Source: Somniosus microcephalus
Taxonomy: Eukaryota
Reading direction: 5' to 3'
DNA: 64,000 nucleotides
Assembly (NCBI GenBank): GCA_052327205.1
Contig: CM126224.1
Span: 33,604,001 to 33,668,000, forward strand
The notes beneath the pieces are model-generated. The model made no database searches and had not been told where the DNA came from. It saw nothing but the letters and a program-made list of their open reading frames with translations. Within the stretch, counting starts at the first letter, position 1. The number at the start of each line of letters is the position of its first letter. This document shows positions 38,321 through 50,086 of the stretch, piece after piece. The position numbers and the translations under genes were made by a program.

Positions 38321-39737
38321 AAATGCAAGTTGTTTTGTTAGTTCGTTTTTGTTAGTTCGTTCATTTGTAACTGAATGTAAACCACAGAAAAATCACCACA
38401 AGCCTCAATGTGCTCAAGAAATGATCAGCAAGGCCAGAAGCAAGGATTTATTTTGAGAAATGAATGTGCATCCATTTTAGGAATAAAGACTCATATCCCC
38501 CCCCCCCACCCCCTTCCCCATTATTTACTTTATTTATTGTAAGCATCAATCACAATTTGCAGCCAAGGCACTTTGGCTCTACCTAGTCATTTGTATATTG
38601 AATAAAGCAGCAAAAATCAAGTAAAACGACAGACAGACCCAAAGCACAAACAGATTTCAAGCTGGAACTAATTTAAAACATGGGTAAATATCTCTAGGCA
38701 AAAAGTACTCACTGCAAGGTGGAAATAGGACTTAAAAGGCAAAAACAGGAAACTTCTTTGGAGTATCAGAGAACAAAGACTGAATTTTGGTCCCGGAATT
38801 TCCAAATTAGGCGTAATTTTCCTTTGTCTGCAATTTTACTGCGGGCTTGTTTAACTCATCGACTTTATGGTTGGAATAGGAAAAGTTAAACTGAATAATG
38901 CCCTGGAGTGACTTGGTGAAAAACCAGGAGTGAATGCTTTGAAGTGCTTTTATTGGCTTGTAGTAGACTCATGTTGTGTTTTCAATTATTCCAAGCACTC
39001 CCTGCAGCAAGGCTGAGTATTAGGTTGTGCAGTCCAGTTCTGTGAATCATTTTGCTGGTAGGTCCAGTGAATATTTCATTTGATTCATTGAATTGTTGGC
39101 TTTTAAACAGAATAAGTTGTCAACTGCACATTGGTGGTGCCTATGGTAATTGTTTCATTTATTCATCATGATAATCTTGAACAATCTCACAGGTGCAAAG
39201 CACTTCTTAAAACTACTGTACTCCAAACGCTGTCCTGGTGAGGTGAAGCTGACTTCTAGTTTACAGTATGGCAGACTCATATGGCACTTACCATTTTAAC
39301 ATCTGTTATTTCACTTTGGGTTGTAATGTGGGATTTCAGCTAGCCATAAGTTGTTGTTGACTATGATAAAAATGCAGTACAGCTTTTTAAAGAGCTATAT
39401 ACAAACTACTCACTTTAAAGAACATTGGAACTGATCAGAGGCTACAGATTTTGTAACATGTGGGCGTTCAATATAATGGTGTTAACTACAAACTGCAGGT
39501 ACAAATAGCAAGGCAACTTTATTATGTGACCATGGATATAACCCAAGGGTTGTTATTCCAGTCCAGGACTAATGACACTCCAGAGAATGGTACAGTTTCA
39601 AGCTCTGTGCCATTAACACAAAACTTAATACCAATGCACTCTCACTAGGCCGTAAGTTATTGCCAATAGACAATTGAACCGACAAACTAATTCAATCCTG
39701 GAAATAAGTAAACATTTACAAGACTGGAAAGAAACCA

Positions 39738-39760
39738 TTTCCAGCATTTTCTGTTTTTAT
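39738..39760 (+). mobile_element. 23-bp Penelope-like pLTR micro-insertion
   Basis: tttccagcattttctgtttttat between perfect 13-bp direct repeats tggaaagaaacca (39725-39737, 39761-39773). Confidence 0.75.
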
Positions 39761-39986
39761 TGGAAAGAAACCACATTGGTCTTTGGAGAAATTCAATACC
39801 AAGATTATTAATAATGCTGTGGCATCAAGACTATTAGCCATAGCAGGTTGATACACATTTTCCTAAGAACAGCTCAAGCGTTATCCTTCTTTGTTGCCTC
39901 ATGTAAGCTGAAGTTATCAAATATTAAAAAGGCACGCAAATTGGAGTACCAGCCTTCGAAGATCAGCCATGATCTAATTGAATGGT

Positions 39987-40173
39987 CATGGTGTGGAGAT
40001 GCCGGTGTTGGACTGGGGTGGACAAATGTAAGAAGTCATACAACACCAGGTTATAGTCCAACAGCTTTATTTGAAATCACAAGCTTTCGGAGCGCTGCTC
40101 CTTCATCAGGTGAAGTCACTTGTGATTTCAAATAAAGCTGCTGGACTATAACCTGGTGTTGTATGACTTCTTA
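39987..40173 (-). mobile_element. Second Penelope-like family, inverted pLTR insertion
   Basis: 12-bp TSD taattgaatggt (39975-39986, 40174-40185). 55-bp inverted arms at 40029-40083 and 40119-40173 with one mismatch. Confidence 0.85.
40077..40113 (-). ncRNA. Minimal type I hammerhead ribozyme motif (Penelope-type)
   Basis: Minus strand reads UCAC-CUGAUGA-A-GGAGC-agc-GCUCC-GAAA-GCUU-GUGA: full core, 5-bp stem II, palindromic AAGCUU stem III, 4-bp stem I. Confidence 0.8.
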
Positions 40174-40894
40174 TAATTGAATGGTGGAGCAGACTCGAGG
40201 GGCCATATGGCCTACTCCTGCTCCTATTTCTTATGTTATGTTCTTTTGAAAAAGTTGTGTGCAGTTTTTGAACATTTTACTAAGCTTGGCATTCCAATTG
40301 ATGATACAGTAATACCCCAGTTGACAAATTGCTGTGATTATAGACACTTGGCACAAGCTGAGCTTTCACTAAACCTTAGCTGATGTTCTAAAATGCGATT
40401 TTTCTGAAATTTTTCGGCATCTCTGGAGCAATAATTGAATATTCACAGAAGCATAAAGCCATATTTAGTAGATCAAAAGCTTTTTGAATAGAGTTCTAAA
40501 TTCTGGTGTTCTATTATTCATTGCTGCTTTCCTGTTAGTTACAATTTTGCTAAACCTATTAAATTGTATTTATTTTATGTACAGTTTATTGAGTACCACT
40601 GTAGTGTGAAATTAGACCAAAACAGATCCAAATTCTACTGACCAGAGGGCTCAATGCCAATGAGCTTTGTTGGCAGTGAGTGCAGGGGTGAAACAGACAA
40701 GAAAGAGAAGGTAAAGTCATCATATTCCTGGTCGACTCATTGATTTTTACCAGCAAATACAGACAAGCCGACAGTAGATCCAAAATGCTGACTTGACTGT
40801 GTAAAATGCTGATGATTGGTATTTATGACAATATGCAGAGTTTGAATACGTCCAGCTACTCATTGTTAGTTTTAGGATTCAGACTTGTATGACA

Positions 40895-41185
40895 TGGTTC
40901 CAGTAGCATAGCAACATTAGTCCCGGACCAGCAATCCAGAGGCCACGAGTTCAAATTCAATAAATCTGGTAAATTGGTGGGCTAGCACCACTAAAAAAAA
41001 AGTGACCAGATTATTGTAAAGATCCATTAGGTTCACTAATGTACTTTAGAGAAGGGAACTCGCTACCCCTATCTCGTCCGGCCTACATATGACGCAAAGC
41101 CCTCTGAAGTGGCCTCGCAAGCCATTCAGTTGTACTAAGGATGCAGCCTTGCCGGGGTCTTCCACATCCAGAGAACAAAAAAACC
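40895..41185 (+). mobile_element. tRNA-derived SINE with the tail of the second CR1-group family
   Basis: ggaccagcaatccagaggccacgagttcaaat (B-box-like)...ggttcactaatgtactttagagaagg...gccttgcc...ccacatcc. Confidence 0.6.
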
Positions 41186-41866
41186 CTCAAAAATTGGAGG
41201 TATTTAATAAGCAAAATTTCTGCCCCCATCTAATGTTTATAGGATTTTATATCTAGTACTGGTACATTGGTACTATTTCTAAGTCATGTCCTCCTCCGCA
41301 GTACCACTGCTGCCCTTCTGCTTCTGCACAGACATCCTTCAGCTGGGATAGGATGATTTGAGCTACGCAAAGTTTCTCAGTCAACAGAAGGGGTATTTTT
41401 CAAGATGCGAGAGGTTCTCCCAGCTATGTTTTCTCTCAATTTCTCCCGAGATGGGGCAAGGGCCAACAGGGATCATCCCAACCAGTGACTTGAACCAAGA
41501 CCTAGTGAACATGCCGATTCATAAGGAAACCTGTATAAATGGACGTTCCCAAAAAACCTGCAAAAAAATGGACACTTAGAGACACCCAAATAACTTACAC
41601 GGCAAGATATACAAGAGGCACTCTGAAGCTACAGACACTTGCAAAGTACGAGCTACAGACAGCTGTCAATGCACCAAGGCCCAGTACAACTTAAAACACA
41701 GGACACAGGCCGTTGCAAAGCTGCTATATCTGGAACTTTCATCAAGTCGGGATCACTGGCGTTTCCCTTACAGCTCGCTTCCTTTCTGCCCCAAATTCCC
41801 GTGAGGTCAGTGCATGCTGGTTAGCGTGAGGCAGCAGTGAATTTTGTGAAAGAGCTTTTGTGGGAT

Positions 41867-41997
41867 GGGGAGTTCTTTACCCAGCATCCATTGCGGCAGA
41901 GAAACCGCACTCTCTCTGGGATTGAATGTTTGCATGGCTCTACTCACGGGATTCAGCGGTTTCTCTGCCATTACGGATGCTGGGTAATGAACTCCCC
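41867..41997. mobile_element. 131-bp hairpin MITE with ~42-bp TIRs
   Basis: AT|ggggagttctttacccagcatcc...ggcagagaaaccgc / gcggtttctctgcc...ggatgctgggtaatgaactcccc|AT. Confidence 0.75.
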
Positions 41998-44256
41998 ATT
42001 CTACTGACAATTTTACAGTGCATACAACGACCATTTTTAAAATAAAGGACGCCTGCAAAAAGAGGTCAACTGGTTTCACTGTATAGGGTACATACAGTTA
42101 CTAGTATATTGTGTAGCCACTGGTTTTTCCACCACCTTTAAATGCAGTTTAGATTGGCCCAAAGAAGCTCCATGATGTGTATCCTAGGGTGAGAAACATG
42201 TACTGATCTCTCAATACAACGTGTGTGTGACCGTATCAGGGACATTTACTGTGATTTCCGTTGATCAGTAATTCCTGTTAGAGTGTGCATCGGTTCAGTG
42301 AAAGTTCTTACACAGTAGTGTATTTTCCTCGATCATTGCGCAGCATCTAGCCCTCGACACCTAAATAAAAAATTAACAAAGACCCTTCAAGATGTCTCTG
42401 GAATATGGACATAATTCCTCACTTTGAAATCATAAAACAAAAAGACACAAATTTCATCGCAGTCTGCAAATAAAGAACACCGAAGGGGTGCAGTTCAATA
42501 AATGCTTAAAGGTGGTTTGTAAAATTTAAAAAAATCAAATTAAAAAAGTGAACTTCAAGCAAACCTTCACTGAGGAAAGTACTGAAACAAGAATGAATAG
42601 GAAGGTATACATTTACTATGATTATGCATCCGGATAGGGATGGAATGGAGCTGAACACCACATTAAGCAGAGTTTGCTGCGCTTATGTATTCATCGGAGC
42701 CTCTGATTGCCTTTAGATTAAGCTGTGTACCTGTACTTCTTTATAAAATTATTTCCATTGTTGGCTGTGATGCCCCTCACTGCTCAGCAGCAGATCTCCT
42801 GCAGAATAATGGAAGGTTCTTGGTGAAAATCACACACGTAATTGGTCAGTAATGAAAGAGAAGGCCTGCACTTTAGACTTTAACCATGTTAATGATTTAC
42901 CGCGTAGCAAAAGATCACTGGTGTGGCTCACCTCCTCCAAATAGACAGATCCTCGTGTTCATTGTCATCAATAATCATAAGTTGGATCTATAAATAGACC
43001 CGAAACCTGTTAAGATTAGTCACTCCGGAATGTTAACTTGGAGGTGTGCAGAGGTCGCATAACCTACATGTAACGTTCTCAGGAATATTCCAGGGTTATG
43101 CAATTTTGTGGACACCAGTTACAACCTCAGTATAGATATCACGACAATTGAAAACGTTTTACACACTCTCAGCTGCAGTGTACATTTAGGCTTTTCTATA
43201 ATCAAATTAAAGATTTTAAAAAAATCAATACTGTTGGAGAGGCAATGGATACCCAGAATCAGAGAGCAGCACCCACTGCAACCATCTACAGATACTTGCT
43301 TTTCTTCATTTACCAACTAAAGGTTTTAACCTAACAATGAGATTACTTTTACCCAATCTGTTCGATTTACTGGATAGTAGAGAATTAAAGGAAAATATTG
43401 AGCTTTGCTAATGATGCCATCTAGATTTTAAAAAGTGATATTTATTGAATGGCTGTGTCCTGTAATAAATCAGCTACACTATTCACTTCATCAAGGTTTT
43501 ATTTTTCTCTATTCGTGGCTTCAGTGGGAACCTTAGCCAGTCACCTATAGCACTGACTCAAAGTAATGATCGCGATGACAGTACTAAGTGAATTCTGTCA
43601 CTGTTTTTCCATTTACAGAATTTCTACGTATTTTGGGAAGACATTAGTCTTGAAAATCTTTTTGATGGAGTTAAACCAGAACGGATTCATTTCAAAATTT
43701 AAATTTAAAATTTTATCACTGTGCCTTTAAGATTATGGGAGAAACATCTCTTAAATCATTTGGATAATTGATCAGCCCTTTAGAGTAGAGTATATCTCCT
43801 TACTTTCAACGCAACCACATATTCAGAGGATAGAACATGTGAAAAACATGTGAAAGTATAGAATCCAAATATTAGGGAACTCCTCCTAAATTGTGTGCTC
43901 CAACCCACTTTTTAAAATTCAGTTCAATTAATAAGTGACCAGAGCCCTCAAAAGAGTTAAGTCGCTCAGCTATTGTACATATAGAAATGATAGACGATTG
44001 GACATAGCTGTACATAATTGGGTAGTAAATCGCTGTTTGTAGCAAATCTTGGGCTCTACGTACACAGCATACCAATGCTGAAAGGAGTGTTTAATATGAA
44101 TTTAAATTACATTTCCGTAAAACCCACAAAACTAATAGCAATAGATTTAAAATGTCATAACTAGTTATGTGGAATCTAGTGTTATGCATTTTCCTTCTAT
44201 ATGGTCATTTCCCCATGACTGGCCTGTTCTCACGATTGTGCTTTCTTTTTCCACAG

Positions 44257-44396
44257 CACTGGAAAATGCCATTGCAAAGAAGGGGTATCTGGCCTGAAAT
44301 GTAACCAGTGTCAGACCTTACATTACAAGTTCAACAAAGCTGGGTGTAAACCCTGTCATTGTAACAACCTCTCCAAGACATGTGATCACATAACTG
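44257..44396 (+). CDS. MEGF9: Internal coding exon of multiple EGF-like domains protein 9 (laminin-type EGF repeats)
   Basis: Acceptor ctttctttttccacag, donor g|gtaagc, 140 bp, phase 2 to phase 1. Translates TGKCHCKEGVSGLKCNQCQTLHYKFNKAGCKPCHCNNLSKTCDHITG, aligning without gaps to recalled human MEGF9 [47 protein letters not shown]. The exon call is firm; the symbol rests on memory, and other LE-domain genes are not formally excluded. Confidence 0.88.
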
Positions 44397-45169
44397 GTAA
44401 GCACTCTGGAATTCTCAATAAGTAAGGGCATGCTGATGGTTAATAGATGAGTGATGAGATTTTGCGCACTCAACATTAATCTGTCATCCACCTATCTATA
44501 TTTATTGCTTCTAACCATTTAATGAACAGTTTTGTTAGCTGCTGCATCTGTTGTGATATTATTGGTACAAGAGAAATCAGCTAGCAGAGTAAACTGAAAT
44601 ATTGTTGTGAAGTGTTCAGGAGTTACTTTGCTTCAATCTAACTATTTTAGGAGGTGTGGCACACAGTGTTATCACCAAGCTTATTAAGCATTTTTGTACC
44701 ATTATGCGATGAGAAAAATCACTCTTGTGCAATACAATTAAGTGACGTGCATTACTCTTGATTCACCACCTCGAATTGCTTCCCTTACGACATTGCACCC
44801 AATAGCGGACCTGCAACCACCAGTAAAGTTATACAACTTAAAATACTCTTTACAGACACAACCCAATTGAGAGGGAGAAAAAAAATCTATTATACTGCTA
44901 GGTTTCCCCCACCCCCCAAACAGATCACAGCGTAAAAATTTGACAGACATGTCATTCAACTTGATTGAAATTTCAATAATAGAACTAGTGTGTGCAAAGC
45001 TGAAGAGTCCTTCTGTCAGAATCATACCAAGTACCAGAGAGCTAAGGGAACTCGCCTTCATAAGATATTGAGGAACTAGCTCATTTTTTGAAGAGTAGTG
45101 ACTGGCTAATAAGGCTTTGTGAGGCCTTTTCTGTTATTTCAATGACAGTTTGTCTTTATATAGGATATA

Positions 45170-45330
45170 TTCGGATGGGTGATAAAGGCTTGGTCAAAGA
45201 CATAGGTTTTAAGAAGAGTATTAAAAGGAAGAGCGCGCTCTAGAGGGGTTTAGGGTGGAAATTCCAGATTTTAGGGCCTAGACAGCTGAAGGCACGGCTG
45301 CCATTGGTGAGGCAGATGGAGTGGGGGAAT
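45170..45330 (-). mobile_element. L2 LINE 3' fragment
   Basis: gggtggaaattccagattttagggcctagacagctgaaggcacggctgcca, homologous to ~55500-55550. Confidence 0.75.
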
Positions 45331-46372
45331 CATACTCATCAGTATGATTCTGATCTTTCCCCTTATAACAGAATGACCAATGTCTCTGGTTGCCACATTT
45401 CTTCAATTGCCTAGGAGCACAGGAAGCTCTAGACCACAGACTTCTCTTTGGCACCATTCTAACACTGCATGATTGTGTGGCCAAAGAGTGGTCCAGTCAG
45501 TTTACTCTATTAAGTAAAGCATTCACCTACCAGGCATGTTGTCTCACAACTCAACCAAAAGCTAGTCTAACTCTCTCAATGAGAGAAGGCGGCGAGTTTA
45601 ACTATCACACCCAGTCAGGTTTTGGGATTTCAAGCTGTGCTGCCGTCTTGGTGTAAGTTATGCTAAAAATGCTATGATAAAAATTAAATGAAGCTCTCAA
45701 GGGGTTACATTCACACAACAGCAGAGCTGACAAATGTAGATCAGGATTCAGACGAAGCATCTGAATCAGAGTGCTTTAGACAGCAGAAGTTAGCCGAGAC
45801 ATTCCATTGATCATCCACACCTACTATTGTTGGGATGGCCCTATTCTAATGAGCTCAGCAGAAAGGTCTGGTTAGAATACCCTTTTGCAAGATAACCAGT
45901 TTTATGAACAGGCCTATTGCTGAATCACTCATTGGGGAAGAAGTTGGTAGGACAACCCCAACACCACCCGCTCCCCCCCCCCCCCCCACCTCCCAACACT
46001 ACCCGTGGTGAAGAGCAACAAAATCAAGAAAAAAAGCAATGTTTAACGTCAGCCGAGTTAGGATGGTCCCCAGAGAGAAAAGCCGAGGCAGTTTATTATT
46101 AGACTGGTGCTGGCCAAGACCATGGAAGCCGTGGTCTGTTTCAAAGCAAGACTGACCCAGGGCAAAATAACAAGGTTTCTTATTTTTCTTATTCAGAAGG
46201 AGAGGTTTGGAGTTAAGTGAAATAAATAAGTCTATCAGTCTATATGTTCACTTCCTGCCTGTAACAAAGCTGCTCAATTCATATCTAGCCTTGACTTTAA
46301 AGGATTGGACAAGTGCACATGAAGGTACATGCAAAAGACATAATATCCAGTTCGGATCACAAGAGAGTACTA

Positions 46373-46704
46373 CAGGAAATTTTGGTTTATCCGGAGGTTG
46401 TATGTCCGGAATACTCGATCTAACGGCAAAAATCAGGAGCCGTTTTCTATAAGTTTTTTTAGTTCTCGTTCTTTTTTTTCCCCAGTCAGGCACTGCAAGG
46501 TCTGTAGCTATAGCAACAGCTTCAGCTAGAGACGCTTGCAGCTGCAGCCGACTCTTTAGAAGCTGTTGCTAAGCAACAGTGTTTGTTGTCAGATACGGAG
46601 ATGAAAACCTCCGTATGCTTCAACATTAACTTTGTACGTCCGGCAGTTTTGATAGATCGGCAACACGCCGGTCCCGTCGGTGCCGGATATCACAAAGTTT
46701 CCTG
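46373..46704. mobile_element. pogo/Tigger-like MITE, copy 4 (inverted, near-identical to copy 3)
   Basis: TA|caggaaattttggtttatccgg...ccggatatcacaaagtttcctg|TA. Confidence 0.92.
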
Positions 46705-47158
46705 TATTGTTATGGCCATGGGTTACTCCAACGGATGACCAGTACAGGCACAGCTTCAAGTTATGGGAGTGACCAGACCACTGCACCCGAGGGGATATCT
46801 ACAGCCAGCCCAACATTTGTAGCAAGGTCCATGATCAATGTTATTAGTAGGTTGGGAGTCTATTGCTGTTATTTGAAGAGTTACTGGACCAACTATACTA
46901 AAAGGTGTCTTATTATTTTTTTAAAACTGTTTATATTCCATGTTTTACTTCAGTCTACCAGAGTTCCACTCTGGAATATAAAGTGCAGTAAAATTGACTC
47001 CAGTATCCACATCTCCAGCCTTGGGGATTCGCCTCAGTTTGCAGAGTAAATTCAGACTAATCACAGCGCAAAAGCAGCAGTGTCTGCACAGATCAAAAGG
47101 TAGAAGCTGAGATACATCACTTCTGTGCTCTTAAGTCACCAGGCCCCCACATTCTACT

Positions 47159-47350
47159 AAATAAAAACAGAAAATGCTGGAAATACGCAGGTCAGGCAGC
47201 ATCTGTGGAGAGAGAAACAGTTAACGTTTCAGGTCGATCTGAAACATTAACTCTGTTTCTCCCTCTACAGATGCTGCCTGACCTGCTGAGTATTTCCAGC
47301 ATTTTCTGTTTTTAGTTCAGATTTCCAGCCTCCGCAGCATTTTGCTTTTG
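47159..47350. mobile_element. Head-to-head (palindromic) Penelope-like pLTR insertion
   Basis: 14-bp TSD ccccacattctact (47145-47158, 47351-47364). Arms fold back about tttcaggtcgatctgaaa. Confidence 0.9.
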
Positions 47351-47889
47351 CCCCACATTCTACTGTTGTGCAAATACTCAGACATCAATCCCAAAGAGGC
47401 ATCTTGTTAACTCTCTAGTATAGCAGTGTAGCTTCATCGCGCCCTTGGCAGCTGATGCCGAGGGTGTTGGCTTTCCTTATTCTCTTATCCCCGTCTACCT
47501 TATTGTTAAACGCAGGCACGTCATTGTAGCATTCCCGACAGTTATTTTGTGTTGCTCACTTTGTGCAGTGTGTGAAGGATGCAGATCTACATTTAAAATT
47601 AAAATCAGACCAATAGGTGTGATACCTTAATGGCGATGAAGGAGTTTCTTTCTGGTATGCTGCACTCATACTTCTGCGATAACACTAAACTTGTTTGGGT
47701 CACGTACAATGGTGGCTTTCCAGGCTGCACAATCGGTGAACTTTAACTCCGAGCTAAGGGTACCCATGGTGTAGCACCAATTCTCAACGCAAGCCGAGAC
47801 TGCAAAATCACGTGCAGAATTGAGAACACTTGTGTGGAGAGTTTGAAAGAATTTAGTCCACTTGTGATCGTCAGTGTCCCAAGCTTCAT

Positions 47890-47970
47890 TAAAAAAAAAA
47901 AAAATTGTTCCTGGGATGTGGGCGCCGCTGGCAAGACCAGCATTTATTGCCCATCCCTAAATGCCCTTCA
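47890..47970 (-). mobile_element. Short tail of the second CR1-group family
   Basis: gggatgtgggcgccgctggcaagaccagcatttattgcccatccctaa. Confidence 0.8.
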
Positions 47971-49004
47971 CCCGGATTGAGTTCGAGGACCTGCGAAGGT
48001 AAAAGCCAGTCCTAAATTTTATACCAAACAGGAGTTCCACCAACTCGGAAGTACTTAGCAAGAATGGTGGTTATTCAGCTATTTAGACGTTGGCCTTTGG
48101 GGATCATTGCATTTGGAGAAGATTAAAGCCAACACCTGATCATGGTAACTACAGAAGGTGTGGGTGTGAGCATTTTGTAGGACATTTTATATTAGTCACC
48201 TTTTAAGTTGGATTCTGGGAGTCCAGTGTCTGTGAGCTGGCTCTTGGCGTTTATGCTGTTAAATCCAGTTTCCGTAGACCTGGAGTAGTTTTCCCTGCAT
48301 CTATAAGTCTTTTGTTGGTCGCAGCAAACTGGATTTAGCATCTAAATTAGTAGCTTAATTATGGAATTTGACTCGAGAAAAATATAAAAACAGCTTTAGG
48401 CTGCCAAGGAAAAGCAGTTGTGTTTGGAAGTTGGACACGGATGCATCACTGAATTAGCAGGGAATTGGACATATGTTCACAATTAGATGCACTACACACC
48501 CTCTACAGATTAGTTCAACCACTCAGACCATCAGAGACCCTTTCTGCCCAACACTGGGCCAACAGCAGAAACAAGATCTATCCATCCTCACAAACTCCAG
48601 TGACTGGATATATACTGACACTCATACTGCTGCCAGAGAACATACATAAGAATCGAACGCCAGTGATCAGATGCCAAAAACTGAAAAAAATATTTTTTTC
48701 CTTCTTTTACAAAAAAAAGACATTTAAAAAGATAACTTCCTTGTTTGTTGTGGCTGGGTCGTAGCCATCTGGTGAAGTATCGGATGCAAAATCTTTTGGA
48801 GATCAATCCTTTTGGAAGTTGCTGACATTTTGTTCACGCACACATTCATTTTTTTTAAGTTACATGGTGCATTCAGACTCAAAGTGGGCCAACTCGGCCC
48901 ACAAGCATCCACAAAAAACAAAACACTAATTAGCACCATTTATTTCAGTTTTGGTTCACAAGCTGGTGGACAGTCGGCACTAGTAATTTGATCCTTTCAT
49001 AATC

Positions 49005-49283
49005 GGAAACATGATTTTAAGGTAATTGGCAAAAGAACCAGAGGCGAGATGAGGAGAAATTTTTTAATGCAGCGATTTGTGGTGATCGAGAATACACTGG
49101 CTGAAAGGGTGGTGGAAGCAGATTCAGTAATAACTTGCAAAGGGGAATTGGATAAATACTTGAAGGGGAAACAATTGCAGGGCTATGGGGAAAGGGCAAG
49201 GGAATGGGACTAATTGGATAGCTCTTTCAAAGAGCCGGCACAAAGCACAATGGGCCTCCTTCTGTGCTGTATAATTCTATAAT
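49005..49283 (+). mobile_element. CR1 3' fragment
   Basis: aaggtaattggcaaaagaaccagagg...gctctttcaaagagccggcac...gggcctccttctgtgctgta. Confidence 0.85.
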
Positions 49284-50086
49284 ATCTAATTGTAAGGCAA
49301 GATAGTTTAAAATGCAGAACTGGTGCTCCATGTTATTTAATATGAATGATTAATGTCATTGCCCAGATGCACATTTGGAACAGTCAGAAAATAGGAGTTC
49401 AGAATAACATGTACAAAACAAATTCAAATCAAGATGGTTATGGAGGATGCCAGCTTAATTCTGGCTTTGGACCAAAGTGTTTTGTGAAGCTGTTTTAAAT
49501 ATAAAATTTCAGTTGTATCTGAACAGATAGATCTGGGATAAGCAGCTATTTTATAATTAACTGTCTGTCCAATTCTTTTTTTAAATCCCTGTTATTCAAC
49601 ATTATATACTACCTTCACTTTAATGCTGTCAGTTACTATAACAAGCACCTTGTAAAAAGCTGCTCGACTCCCAAGAACAGCTAAAGTCAAGCAAAGTTCA
49701 CTGTACTGGCAACAGCTCTGCTGGAGTTTAAAAAAGAAACGCTTACCAAATGGCTCAGACATTGGAATTTCAGTGAAGTCCTGTTTTGACCGAGATAAAT
49801 ACAGAGCACACAATTGGAAGTCATTGTAATGCATACTTTTAGAATGACTCTGGTGATAGAGATGCTCGATCAACAGTGCAAACAAAGAACGGGTAACAGC
49901 CGGAGTACATGCAGAGGAGGGAGAGACACATAAACAAAGCATGATGGCTTGAATTTGTCGCCTGTCCTCAGTTTTAAGGAGGACAATTTTTAAAATAAGT
50001 GGCTCAGCAATTCAAAAGGGCATTAGAAATTTATAAAAGGCACAGGAAACGAATTCACTACTGTATCATATTTCAGAAGAAACAAT

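Larger units (their letters stand above)
39955..40245 (+). mobile_element. Short CR1 3' tail hosting the palindromic Penelope-like insertion
   Basis: gaagatcagccatgatctaattgaatggt|ggagcagactcgaggggccatatggcctactcctgctcc reconstitutes the tail once the insert is removed. Confidence 0.85.

Noticed and set aside
15804-46704. Apparent ~10 kb periodic spacing of the MITE copies
   Set aside because: Only four copies, gaps of 8.8-11.5 kb, unrelated flanks and mixed orientation; compatible with independent insertions.
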